Positions 23,941 to 35,310 of a stretch of 64,000 bases of DNA are shown here, piece after piece. The translations under genes and the position numbers were made by a program. How positions within the stretch are numbered: position 1 is the first letter of the stretch; each line of letters opens with the position of its first letter. The stretch spans positions 18,166,001 through 18,230,000 of the forward strand of contig JAQFVV010000007.1 of assembly GCA_028023455.1 (NCBI GenBank), given 5' to 3'. The notes under the pieces were generated by a model, which ran no database searches, had not been told where the DNA came from, and worked only from the letters and a program-made list of their open reading frames with translations. The stretch is from Epiperipatus broadwayi (Eukaryota > Animalia > Onychophora).

Positions 23941-24150
23941 GCCAGCTGATAGCACTTAATAAATCCCTATTTAGTGTTATATTCTAGGCTAATTATTAGT
24001 TTATGGTTTTCATTAGTGAGGATCTGCTGGTAGTAAAGTGCATTACATCCACTGAAAAAAAACATAAGCTAGAAAATAGTTTGGGGATAATGAATAGGAT
24101 AGATACTGGATAGGGAATTATTACACACTATCAATGGATATCTATTAGTT
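23941..24150. mobile_element. Old head-to-head pair of family-A remnants
   Basis: 23941-24023 aligns to the minus arm (aaatccctat.tagtg...tcattagtgagga); 24050-24120 aligns to the plus arm (cactga..cataagctagaaaatagtttggggata...gataggga). Confidence 0.55.
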
Positions 24151-24790
24151 ACAAAAGCTTACAGTACAGGGCATAACTGTGGTGAAAAATAATTGTGTTG
24201 CTGAAGCATCAATGTGTAAGTTGGAATCACATGTTCTTTTATTGATTTATTTTTTTACTAAGTCAGTAGTATCACGTCCAGTAATTGAATGTAACATGAA
24301 TGTTTTCCTGAAGATTTGTAATGATGATGTTCTAGTTGTGTTGTAACATGACTTTCTGAGTAATTAATCATTCGAGTATATTATTCAGTTAATTTCTGTA
24401 GGACCCCCCCCCCCCCAATCAACAACTTTGTTCAGGAGTTTTAATGTTTCCGAAAACAGATGCTAATTCTTCTTGTTGATCCGTGTGTGTGTGTGGACTT
24501 GTTTACTTTTTATAAATTCATTTATTTTTTCCATTCAAACCTATCAACTCTAATTATATTTTATTTTTGAATCCCTGTTCAACTGTCACTTAATCGTACC
24601 TTATATTAAACACGTATATATTTATTGCTTTTCTAATTTATTAATTTAAAACACATAATGTTCATTTTAAATTGATTTACTGTTAATTTCTCTTTTACAT
24701 ATGTAGAATTCACGTTAGTTTCGTTTCTTTTTTGTCTCGTGATATTTATTGTCTCATCAACACAATGGAAGGTCAACGAAGTCAACTTAC

Positions 24791-24890
24791 CTGAGGGAAT
24801 TTGTTGATCTATTTCTTCTTCGTTTTTTTTTTTTTTTTTTGCCGTATTGTTCGCTCAGACGGAACTGATAGAATTAAAATTATCGATAAA
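24791..24890 (-). promoter_or_regulatory. Candidate housekeeping promoter (DRE) and first exon of a minus-strand gene
   Basis: Perfect DRE TATCGATA at 24881-24888 in a CpG-retaining region (about 24400-25700); strong minus-strand donor CAG|GTAAGT with last exon base 24791. Confidence 0.5.
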
Positions 24891-25416
24891 ATGTTTCATA
24901 ATAACTTTAAATTTATTTAAGAAATAGTCTACAATTATTATTTAAACATTTCAAGTAATGTTCTAGATATTTTTCCCCGCTATATGTATATGTGCGAAGG
25001 TAGTTAGTTGGTCTGGCTAAGCTTACATTTCGTAGTTACTAAAGTCACGTGTAACATTGCTCATCAATCGAAAGTTATCTAATTATGAATTATTGTCTTT
25101 ATAAAACCAACTCCCAATTTAGGTTAGATTAGCTCGGAAAATGACCTCCAAATCTATTGATCAATATTTGTCTTATATGTATTTTAGATTTCCGCCTTCA
25201 GAATGGTGAAAATAATTAGACTATAGAATTCGAAACTAAATTATAATATTCGACTGTGGGCGGTGATCCTTTTTTGAAGGTTGCTACTTTTATAACACGA
25301 CTATTCATTTCTGTTAAGTTTTCTCTCTAAAAGCAGTTGAAATAAGATTTGGCATTGCTAACAAAGTGATGATTCTTAATCATTATCGCTGTTACTTTTC
25401 TTTTCCATTTTCTCAG

Positions 25417-25440
25417 TGCACTTTAATCTCTGCATGAATG
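25417..25440 (+). other. Candidate 24-nt exon containing a start codon (ATG AAT G|gtgagt) of a plus-strand gene
   Basis: Acceptor ttttccattttctcag, donor gtgagt, ATG at 25434; divergent from the minus-strand promoter above. Confidence 0.35.
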
Positions 25441-25824
25441 GTGAGTTTTCTCCATCGAGGCATGTTGAACATCTAAGCAACGACATACTATGACCAAGCA
25501 GTAACACGTGACCATGCAGTCGCGTGTTACTCTGTGACAAAATTTTATTTTAACATTTCGTAGTTAGCGCTACATCTCCAACATTAATGAACTCTTTACA
25601 TCGTTATCATGCAATGTATTTATTAAAAAAAACACGACTAAACTTTTCTTAATTAACATACGCACATACATATAATATCAAACACGATAATATTTAAAAC
25701 TAAACAGAAATTTATTCTACAGTTTTCTATACTTAAATAAATAATAGGTATAGCTAGCTTACAACATGAGTGTTATCTTGAATAACGTTTATAGTCATGC
25801 TAAGCTAGCTATAACTTATTTATT

Positions 25825-26560
25825 TCATCATTACCATCATTTTCAACTATTATTGAATCACTGCAGGATTAATCCAGTTTCTCCAGTTCATAATCTCTTG
25901 TCCGCATCATGCCAGAAAACTTCTTTATTTGATTCATCCATCTTACATGTGATCTATTTCCGGGTCTTTTATAATATCTTAGGAACCAATTAGAGTTATA
26001 TCTCAAACTTTATTGACCTCTTTATATCGTTATCACGCAGTGGATTTATTTAAAAACAATGACAAAACCTTACCTTAATATATACACATACATAAACATA
26101 ATATCAAATACAGTAACATATAATAAAACATTGTAATTAGCTTTAGAATTTTCAATAATCGATATATAAATGAATGACAGGTTTAGCAATCTTGCAATAT
26201 GATTGCCATTTTGAATAACATTTGCAGCCATATCAAGTAACTGTAACTGTTACTTATTCATTTTTATCATTTTCGCCAAATAATCCATTTCTTTATGTTT
26301 AATTCAGTTTTTCCAATTCATAGCATCTCTTTTTCACATAATACCAGCCAAATTTTTTATTTTATCCATCCATCTCACATGTGATCTCTTTTTTGGTCTT
26401 TCACAATCTTCTGGTATCCAATTAAAAATTTCAACTAACCATCAGTATGTCCAGCCCAATTCCATTCCAGTCTATTAATTCTTATGATGATGTCAGTGAT
26501 TCTGGTTGGTTCTCTCACCCACGTATTTTGTTTTTGATCTCTTCTTGCTTTTCTGTTATT
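25825..26560 (-). mobile_element. Two old RTE 3'-end remnants (about 25825-25995 and 26240-26560)
   Basis: Homology to the RTE 3' end (cactgcagga, tcatccatc..cacatgtg, gtccagcccaa.tcca). Confidence 0.65.
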
Positions 26561-26899
26561 CATTCAAGCTTCAGAGTAGTTTATTGCTAGGAATTTATAA
26601 GGGAATAGAGAATTAGACAATGAATGTAGGCCAAATTCTTGGCCCTTGAGTTCTAGAGTCTGCCATTCTACCACTGCACCAGATTACAAAGGTCATATAA
26701 ATATATTTTTAAAAAATGAGTTTATTTTACTATATACTTTATACAATTTCAAGATCTAGGTCATAAATTAGATATTATCATTTAACGTGCTACAATAAAT
26801 AAAACATTAATATAGCTTGTTGCATGTTCATTAATTTTTTGCATGTTTCATGACTAGAAAGCAATTCTCTTAACAATTGTGTGTTAGTGAACTCAACAT

Positions 26900-28215
26900 T
26901 TCACTTAGGTCATAAAGGATCTTATGCAATAAAATTTCCTTGTTGGCACATTTTAATTCTTAATTTTTTTGGCATGAATTTTAGGTCTCCATGAAATTGT
27001 TTACCCCAATATTCATGGAATTATTGAATAGGATAACACTCATTGTTTTGGAAGATTGTTTGCATCATACTAACATATGAATCTTTGTAAAGATTATTGT
27101 TAGCCTGAAAGTTTGTAATGAAAGCACTTTAGTTGTATTTATATGTTGGACCATATCCATCATCTAACATTAAATCATGAATGTCTTTAGAAAACTTAAA
27201 ATTTTCCAATTACATTCAACTGTTAGTAATAGCACATAGCTCAATACATACACAATGTTTTGAGTGGAATTGTTCTTTTCTCTTCTTCAAATGTTGCTGA
27301 ACTGACCAATGGCAATACATGAATGGAAATGGAACCTGGCGTTTAGATTCTTTAATATTGAATTTTAAGGAAATGCTCTATCCAACTGAGCCATTCTGAC
27401 AAAGGCAACAATCAATAGAAATTTCATATATTTATATATGAGGTTTTTCCTGACTTTTCCACTTTTTCCTAAAAGTAAAGTTAATCAATGGTTTTTGGAC
27501 ATTATGTATTGTCACATTAGGTTGACTTTTCTCCCAATTAAACATGGTCTGCTATTTTAAATATATGTGTATTCTCTTTCCTAATCATCAGTTGGTGCTC
27601 TTTCAATCTCTTCTCAAGAAGATTACTATCTCACCAATATTTTCCTTTCCACATTCTCATGCTATTTCATAGATGCAGTGTTTGTTCATGTTTAGGCTTT
27701 GTAAATCTTAAAATTTCTCATAGTATGGTCTGGCTTTGGGAAGCTGTTCTGATGTTATATTCATTGCAGATATTCTTTAGTTTGTCTATTCCTGGTATGT
27801 ATGGATGTACTGCAGTTCCAATAATTGTTTTTTCTTTTGTTGTCTATTTAATTTTTTTTTTAATGACAGCCGATGGATAACCATTCCTCTTGAGATTTTG
27901 TTTTGTGTAGATCTTTTCTTTGAACAAACTTGCTTTGTTCTATACCATAGTGATAGTATAATCTCTGATTTGTATTTCTAGTGTTATTGAATGTATACAC
28001 TAAATATTTTCCTTTATGTGTGGGTTTTCTGTAAATTGAAATTTTGATTCTGCCATGAGAAAGTCTTGTTACAAGAACATCTAAGAATGCTAATTTTTGA
28101 TCTTGTTCTGAATCTATTGTGAATTTAATTGAAGGGGATATGCTGCTGATGTGTGCCCAGAATGTTTGTAATAATGTTTCACCATATGGTCATACAAAAA
28201 ATGTAACATAGTCAA
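26900..28215 (-). mobile_element. Decayed Penelope-like element: RT C-terminus, linker, GIY-YIG endonuclease, 3' pseudo-LTR
   Basis: Minus translation: WLDYV--TFFV*PYGETLL..ISPSIKFTIDSEQDQKLAFLDVLVTR..IYRKPTH, NLKRNGYP, HPYIPGIDKLKNICNEYNIRT, CIYEIA*ECGKENIGE, LEKRLKEH. Left boundary approximate. Confidence 0.9.
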
Positions 28216-28224
28216 GCCAAATCT

Positions 28225-28809
28225 TAGGTGGATATGTCTAAAGTAGCAGATTATGCATATACCAATGAACATATGTTTGACTGGGAAAATACAAATATTG
28301 GACAGAAAAGAAAATGTACAAAGAAGAAAATTCAAAGAAATTGCTCACATGATAATGGCAAAGAACCCTATGAGTTTCAACCTAGTGTGACAATACAAAT
28401 TGTCTGGAAGTCATTAATTAATTATGCTCATAAGAAAAAGTAGAAAAAATGAGGAGGAACCTCAAAGATAAATATCTGAAATTTCTACTGATTATTGACT
28501 TTGGCAGAATGACTCATTTAGATAAGAGAATTTTCTTAAAATTCAATATTCAAGAATCTAGGGAACCAGTTTGATTCCCATGCTAGTATTGTCACTGATT
28601 AGCCCAGCAACATTTGAAGAAGAGAGAATATAGTACTGACACTATTTAGACCAGCAACACCTAAAAAAAAGGGAGGACAATATCATTCAAAACATTATGT
28701 AGATACTAACCTGTGTACAATTATTAATAGCTGAATGTAATTGGAAAATTTAAATAAAGTTTAAAATTTTTCTAAATACATTCATGATTTAATGTTAGAT
28801 AATGGAAAT
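28225..28809 (+). mobile_element. Inverted arm of the Penelope-like element (GIY-YIG C-terminus + pseudo-LTR)
   Basis: SKVADYAYTNEHMFDWENT and KFKEIAHMIMAKNPM; 28380-28809 is homologous to the reverse complement of about 27150-27530; continues for a few bases after the RTE at 29447. Confidence 0.75.
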
Positions 28810-29437
28810 ATGAAAATAAAGATTGATTATGATGAGTTAGAAGAAGTTAACAGTTACAAATACCTTGGTCAAATTATTAATACAGATGGAAACATAATGA
28901 ATGAAATTAATCATAGAATTAAACTTAGTTGGGGTGCTTTTGGTAGTAATAACTTGATACTAAAAGGAAATATTCCTATGTGTTTGAAAAGGAAGGTTTT
29001 TAATAAATGTGTTTTACCAGTTCTTACTTATGGATCTGAGACTTGGACACTTAATAGAAAAGCAATACAGAGACTTCAGACCACTCAAAGAAGTATGGAG
29101 AGATGCATGTTGGGAGTAACAAGAACGGATCGAAAACACAATATATGAGTAAGAGAACAAACAGTTATTATGGACCTCATTGAAAAAATTAAAAGACTGA
29201 AGTGGAGTTGGGCTGGACATATTGCTAGAAGAGATGATAATAGATGGACAATTAAAATCTTAAACTGGATTCCAAGAGATTTAAAAGACCCAGAAAGAGA
29301 CCACATGTGAGATGGATGGATGAAATAAAAAAAGGTGCAGGGGTGATGAGGAGAAAAGAAGCTAAAGATCGGAGAAGATGGATTGAACTTGTAGAAACCT
29401 TCATCCTGCAGTGGATTGATAATGGTTGATGATGATG
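28810..29437 (+). mobile_element. RTE 3' fragment inserted in the PLE arm, 9-bp TSD
   Basis: ORF 28792-29148 (YKYLGQ, VLPVLTYGSETW), (GAT)n tail, TSD aatggaaat at 28801-28809 and 29438-29446. Confidence 0.92.
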
Positions 29438-30719
29438 AATGGAAATGGTCCACTGTAGCTCTCATTGGTTTTTGACATCACTTGAGAAGCTTGATGTCAA
29501 TATCTTGCTTAGTGTGTGAACTTATGTTAGTAAAAAAAAACAATATTCACAGATGTGTAAGAAAGTTTTTTTTCTTCTAGCCCACATAACTTACACATTG
29601 TGTCAAAAGATTGTTGAGTAAAATTGTAGTTGGGAAACTACCATAAAGAAATTTTAATCTATTACATCTCAATGTTTCTTCCAACAATATATTTTTTTTG
29701 GATGGATAGATTTCCAAGTGTTGCATAATTGGATTTTGGGCTAATAGGTTATTATATGATATTTATACATTTTTTTTTCTTCAAAAAAATGGAGAATTTT
29801 TTTTTTTGTCTTATGATATTTAATCAAAACTTTTTTCCCTCTGGTCCATCAATTTCTTTACCTTTTTTGTAATGTTTTATTTTACAATTATCATTTGATA
29901 GCCGTTTTTATGCATAAAGTCGTTCTTGTTTTTGTATTTATTGTTTTCTTCTTTCTTCTTTTTTTTACTATTTTATATTAAATTCATTATAGTGACATTT
30001 TCATTTACCATTGTTTTCTTTCGTATTAACTGTTTTATTTAAAAAGTTTTTATTTATAAGCGAATGTTGGACAAAAGATTTTAGTATCGAGGATACTAAA
30101 AGTTACTTTTCATTAAGTTCATCAATTATTGTTTGGTGGCGCTTTTTATGTGTTTTTTTTTTGGTAGGATTATTACTTTAAAAAAAGTCGTATTTTTCTT
30201 ATAGATCTGTAAAAAGTTATTAAAATTGTATATAATACCATGTATGTATAAAATATTTAAATTAAAATATTTTAATTTTTGATATTTAATACTTGCGTAA
30301 TAAATCAAGTACGATTATAATAGTAAATAGAAATCTATATCTCAGCGAATAAATTAAACTTGAAAGAGATTTAAAAAAACAAAACAAAAACTTTTTTTAT
30401 ATACTTTTAAAAAGTTATTTTGTCATTTATTAAATCTGACTATTATTATTCATAAATAGCATGAAAGCAAACTCACGCAGGCATATATTATATGTTATAA
30501 AGTGACTTTATAATTAATAAAAGTGACAAATTGAAAAAAATAAGTTAAAACTAAGAATAAATTTGTTTCCCCACCCCCTCTAGAGATTTTAACAAATCTG
30601 GAAAAGTGAATGTATTGAGCGAACTTTATATACTGACCATATTTTGTATTCAATAATTAAAAAGAAAAAGATTATTACTATCAAAGCCTGATAATAACTA
30701 AAAAAAAAAAGACTGCAAA

Positions 30720-31300
30720 TTGAAATAAGGGGTTTAGATATTTGGGTAGTTGATTGAGTAAGGATAGCAGAAGTGAAGATAAAGTTTTAAAAAAAGTAAC
30801 ATTAAACAAAGGAGACCTTTATTAAGATAAATAAAATATTTTATAGACTTTTGAAGAAAGAGTTCAGAAAAAGATTAATTAAGTGCTATGTGTGGAGTGT
30901 ATATTGTATGGTTGTAAAACGTAGACAGTGATAATAAAATTAGGAACAGTTTGAAAGTTTTTGCGATGTATACATGGAGAAGAATGGAAAAAATCAGCTG
31001 GATGAGTAAAATAATAAAGAAATTTTGAAAAGAGTAAATGAAAAAAAGAAAATTGATTAAGGAAATTAGAGAGAAACTGGATTAGACATATATTAAGAAG
31101 AAAGTAAAAGTTTAATAAAAGATATTTTGGAGGGAATAGTGGATGGAAAGAACTGGAAAAGATTAATATTTTTGCATGGTATAAGAGAGGGGAAGAGTTA
31201 CGTAGAATTGAATAGATTGGGCCATGAAGAGAATCAAGAAGGAAAATAGATGAATTGATGATGTGACTCCTCTCTGGACCTGGCCCATGTGACAGATTAC
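30720..31300 (+). mobile_element. Remnant of a second, older RTE-like family (post-RT region)
   Basis: RLIKCYVWSV..YGC.T.T-like motif at about 30875-30930; heavily decayed. Confidence 0.5.
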
Positions 31301-32297
31301 TAGTAATGATAATATAATAAGTTGAAGACCAACTTTTTATTTACAATTAGAATAGGTCTTCTGGAAATTTAGCTTTGTTTTTGTTTGAAATGTATTTTTT
31401 AAATCGAAAGCAACCATTTTATGAATATACTATATCTTGAAGATATTTATATACCATAATTGAATGATGGTTAAATGGTTGCTAGCCAATTAAATTAGAG
31501 AAATGTCTTTATCTTGAACATTAAGTAATGCATAAACTTTGTAGGTACTTTTAAGATAAATAAGAACTGTAAAAAATGGATAGTCTTTTTTTCTGCTGTG
31601 GTAAAATGTAATGTTTGTAACAAGGGTAAATAATTTTTTTTCTTTTAATTTGGAAACTAGAAATACAGGACTTCTTTGAAAGGTTCCGGCTTTTGATAAA
31701 GTCACTCAGCTTATTATCAATAAAACCATGTCTTGATAAAATACTTACAAAACCATTATCACTTGTCTCATTAGGTAAGGTCAGATGTACATGATTCATG
31801 CTCTAACAGTTCTTTTAGTACAGAAAAATAAAAGCAGACATATTCATCTGAAAGCAGATCATCTTGATAAAGGTAGGCCAGGATATGGTCACTTGAATTG
31901 ATTATTTTTGTTGAGACCTATTAAAAAATCAAATGGTGTTATTTCTTGGGAATTCATAAGAAGTTTTAGTACCAGAAGTGAATTTAATGTGATAATCTTA
32001 CATTCCAGAGTCTGACTCTTTACCACTGCATCAAATCATACAGGACATTGATACCTATAATGTTGATAAAATGAAAATAACAGCGTCAAAATGAATTTTT
32101 GATTCATTCCAAACTATTGGTACTTCCAATTTCAGGGCTTTCTCTTTCCATTTCTCTATTGCTGCAAATGTTTTATGCAAGATTTACAGTCACAATAAAA
32201 TTCACAACATATCTTGATCACTAATCTTAACATCAGATTGGAATATGGTATGCCTTTTTCATAAACTCAAAAAATATATTGTCCTCTTTTTTTTTAG

Positions 32298-32339
32298 GAT
32301 ATATTCACCATGAATGTAACAAAAGCCATCAGAATTCAA
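32298..32339 (+). CDS. Candidate small coding exon (G-YIHHECNKSHQNS)
   Basis: Acceptor ctctttttttttag, donor gtaatg; phase-compatible with ATG AAT G at 25434-25440. Confidence 0.3.
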
Positions 32340-32482
32340 GTAATGTTTCAGGTTTTAGCAATGACATCTATTCAATCTATAAAAATAAAGAAAGTCATAT
32401 TAGATTTATAAATAGTAAAACCATTGAATAATTACACTTCAAGTATAGCCAGTACAAGATTTGATGTAAACGAACATTATAA

Positions 32483-34165
32483 TGTAACAGTAGCTAGGTT
32501 TGAATACGGGTTTAATTGCCAGTGTTGTTGCAAAGTAAATAGGTCGAAGCAGTAAAAATTTACAATAGTCATTCGAACCCTGTTACACAAGAGTATGAAT
32601 GAGTACGTTAATCAATTAAAGGTATGAATGTATATATATTCGCTGTATGTGTTAATATAATGGGTGAAAATTACTAATATATTTATATGTGAGAATGTAG
32701 AGAATCGATTATATGTAGAGTTGCGTTATTTTTTTTTTATTCATTTGTGTTTTAAATAGATATTTCGTTATGAATATCGTAAGATAGATTTTAAATGCCA
32801 TTGATAACACATGTTTCTTAAGCAAAACCCATTAAACTTATAAGGCTGGGAAATAATCAATAGAATGGAAAGTTGTGCCACCGGCAGTTCCAGTTAATGA
32901 CTGTCCAGCGGAATTCTTAGAACTGGTCGAGCGTATTTTTAGAACAATGAAAGAAAAAGCATTCTTGAGATCAGACCATCGGCGTAAGAATAGAAAAAAA
33001 AAGTGAGGTTAAAGAGCACTAATGAATAGAACTATTTTTGTTCTCGGTGATTTTAGTGGTGATTTTAAAAAATTTAGAAAAAGTAGTGAAGTGATAGAGA
33101 GAAGCAGAGAAAGACGTATAAACTGATCAACCTAAGTATTAATTAAGAATTTTATTCATAATGTACTCCGTATACATGCGGGGGTAAAAATAATCATCTA
33201 GGTTCGTCAGACCGCTCAATGGACAGCTATTGTGGAACCCACCTGAACTTTATTTATGGATTTGCCATTTAGTCAACCAAGCGTAATGGTCACGGAACTC
33301 TCTAACAACCAGATCCTCTCACAATCAAGCCAAACTCATCTACTTAAATTCTAATAGGGATTGTTTTGGCCAGAATATTTCAGAGCTTATCACCATCGTT
33401 CGGACCAGCGACTTTCGTTAAAATCAACATATTCTCTATGCTGTAAGCTTACAGATTATTAGCCTCAGCCACGTGAACATTCGCTCTTAAGAGGTAACTT
33501 TGATCTTTTCTTAATCTGCCTTAAATGAACATTTAATAATGGCTAAAGAAACATGTGTTATTTCAATTTAAATAAAGTAAATTAATAATTTATTAAATTG
33601 TTTAAGAAAATGCAATTCTGACGTGTAATCACACGCTTTCGTTAATATGTGTATGAATTATATATGTATATGTAACGGAATAAATGAATTATATGTTTAA
33701 GATATTAATATATGTGTGCGCATGCTAATAAATCTTAGAATTAATTACCACTTATATATATTATTTACATTCTGGGTTTCTGTTGACTGATGGGCTATTG
33801 TAATAGGATTGGATTTAGATAGAAATTATATTTAGAGATATAAGGCGTCTCTTAATGAGATCATCCATAGCTTTGTTCTCCCGATAAACATTGTTTTCCC
33901 AGACCCTCGAGATTGAGCTAGTTAGGATAAAATACCCAAAGAGTATCCATTGGAACTTTTGTTTGCACTTTCGAGATGTATAATTCTTATTAAATGGATA
34001 AGATTGGCGCTTGAGAGGGGCTTCAGCCTTATAAATATACATGCTCGAAGCTTAGGGTAATAACTACTTATACACACTAAATTCTTTGAACAAGATTGTG
34101 GGTAGAATGCTTAAAATGGGTGCCCAGTGTGTGGCATGGTATTCAAATACCACATAGGGCTTAAA
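32483..34165 (+). repeat. 5' LTR (about 1.68 kb)
   Basis: Starts TGTAACAG, ends GCTTAAA; near-identical to 35311-36992. Confidence 0.9.
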
Positions 34166-34166
34166 A

Positions 34167-34184
34167 TGGCACCCAACATGGGGC
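34167..34184 (+). other. Primer binding site, tRNA-Lys(CTT)
   Basis: TGGCACCCAACATGGGGC versus canonical TGGCGCCCAACGTGGGGC; both mismatches are CpG to CpA. Confidence 0.85.
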
Positions 34185-34627
34185 TGCGAATAGTGGAGAA
34201 CGGGCAATAAAATGGCATTTTAATATAATTTAAAAAAGGGTTTCCCAACGAAAGTTGGAAAATGATATTTTTTTTTAAAAAAAAAATATAGAAAGGAGAA
34301 AACAGAAAGAGTTTGGATATATATTTGGAAATGTGGTTAAATGTTGATATGTTTTGCGATCTGTAGATAGACTGGCATAAAACCTCAAATAATCAGAAGG
34401 AAAAATAGCGTTGATGGTAGGTGATGTCTGTTGCATGAGGCATATATAAAGTTACATAGTTCATAAATAGGGATTTAAGAATTTACCAATATTTGGGATA
34501 TTATAAAACAAAATCCATAAGGATAGAAATGAAGGGAGGAAGGCCTATCAGGTGGGTCATGCAGAGTGACATTGAAGCCGGGGTGATGAACCTGGCATGT
34601 TTTAACCTTAATAGTGATATATAAAAA

Positions 34628-34906
34628 ATGAAGTCAGAAAATAAGCAGAAAGTGGAACAGCAGAAGGCGAGGGAGAAGAAACTAACCATGATGGAGAAAA
34701 TTAAAAAAAAATTAGAATGCATAGAACTCCGAATTCAGAAAATGGACGAGAGGTTCGAAATGAGATTCCAGAATTTAGAACAGAGACTAGGGATGGAAAG
34801 TGAAAGTAGTCAAGGGAAAAAGGAATATGAGAGAAATGAAGGTGAAAGTATGGAAAAGGCTGAGAAGTCGAACAATAAAGAAGTAGAAGGGAGTTTAGAT
34901 GAATGA
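34628..34906 (+). pseudogene. gag: Gag N-terminal coiled-coil-like remnant
   Basis: K/E-rich heptad-like ORF at the expected position after the PBS; assignment is positional. Confidence 0.5.
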
Positions 34907-35169
34907 GAGGGAAGTGTGAAATGGAAGCGGAAGGCCGGTGAGGCAGAACTACTTAATGTGCTGGACATGAGCGCATATGACCATAGCGTGCTGTTGAAAT
35001 GAGGAAAGGAAGTCCAAGATCAGCAAAGTGCTAAGGCTAAGATGGAAGGACAATCTGATGGGGATGCAATGTATAAAAAAAGGGGTGACGATAGTTATGG
35101 GCAGAGATGGCAGTATGAGCCAGAAGCTCGGTGTCCACCAGACAAACCAAATGAGGACAAACCAAATGA

Positions 35170-35242
35170 TGGTCAAGTAAAGGGGTCATACAATGCTCGG
35201 TCACTCAAGCCCTTTGTAAACCCAGAGAGAGATAAAGGATAG
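35170..35242 (+). pseudogene. pol: Integrase C-terminal tail remnant followed by PPT (accaggggggta, 35299-35310)
   Basis: GQVKGSYNARSLKPF parallels GTKEIKWTFNARQLKPY at the end of the integrase of the other Gypsy element. Confidence 0.65.
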
Positions 35243-35310
35243 AAAAGAGGCATTTAAGAAGCCATTCAAATACACAGAGGGTATTTGAAGGTTATTGCAC
35301 CAGGGGGGTA

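Noticed and set aside
27585-27591. CTGATGA on the minus strand followed by GAAA
   Set aside because: Only 4 nt (TTAG) lie between core and GAAA, so there is no stem II; it is coding sequence (HQLMIRK) of the PLE.
31669-31803. Candidate exon (plus DFFERFRLLIK.. or minus MNHVHLTLPNETSDNGF)
   Set aside because: Plausible splice signals exist on both strands and I cannot choose between them without transcript data.
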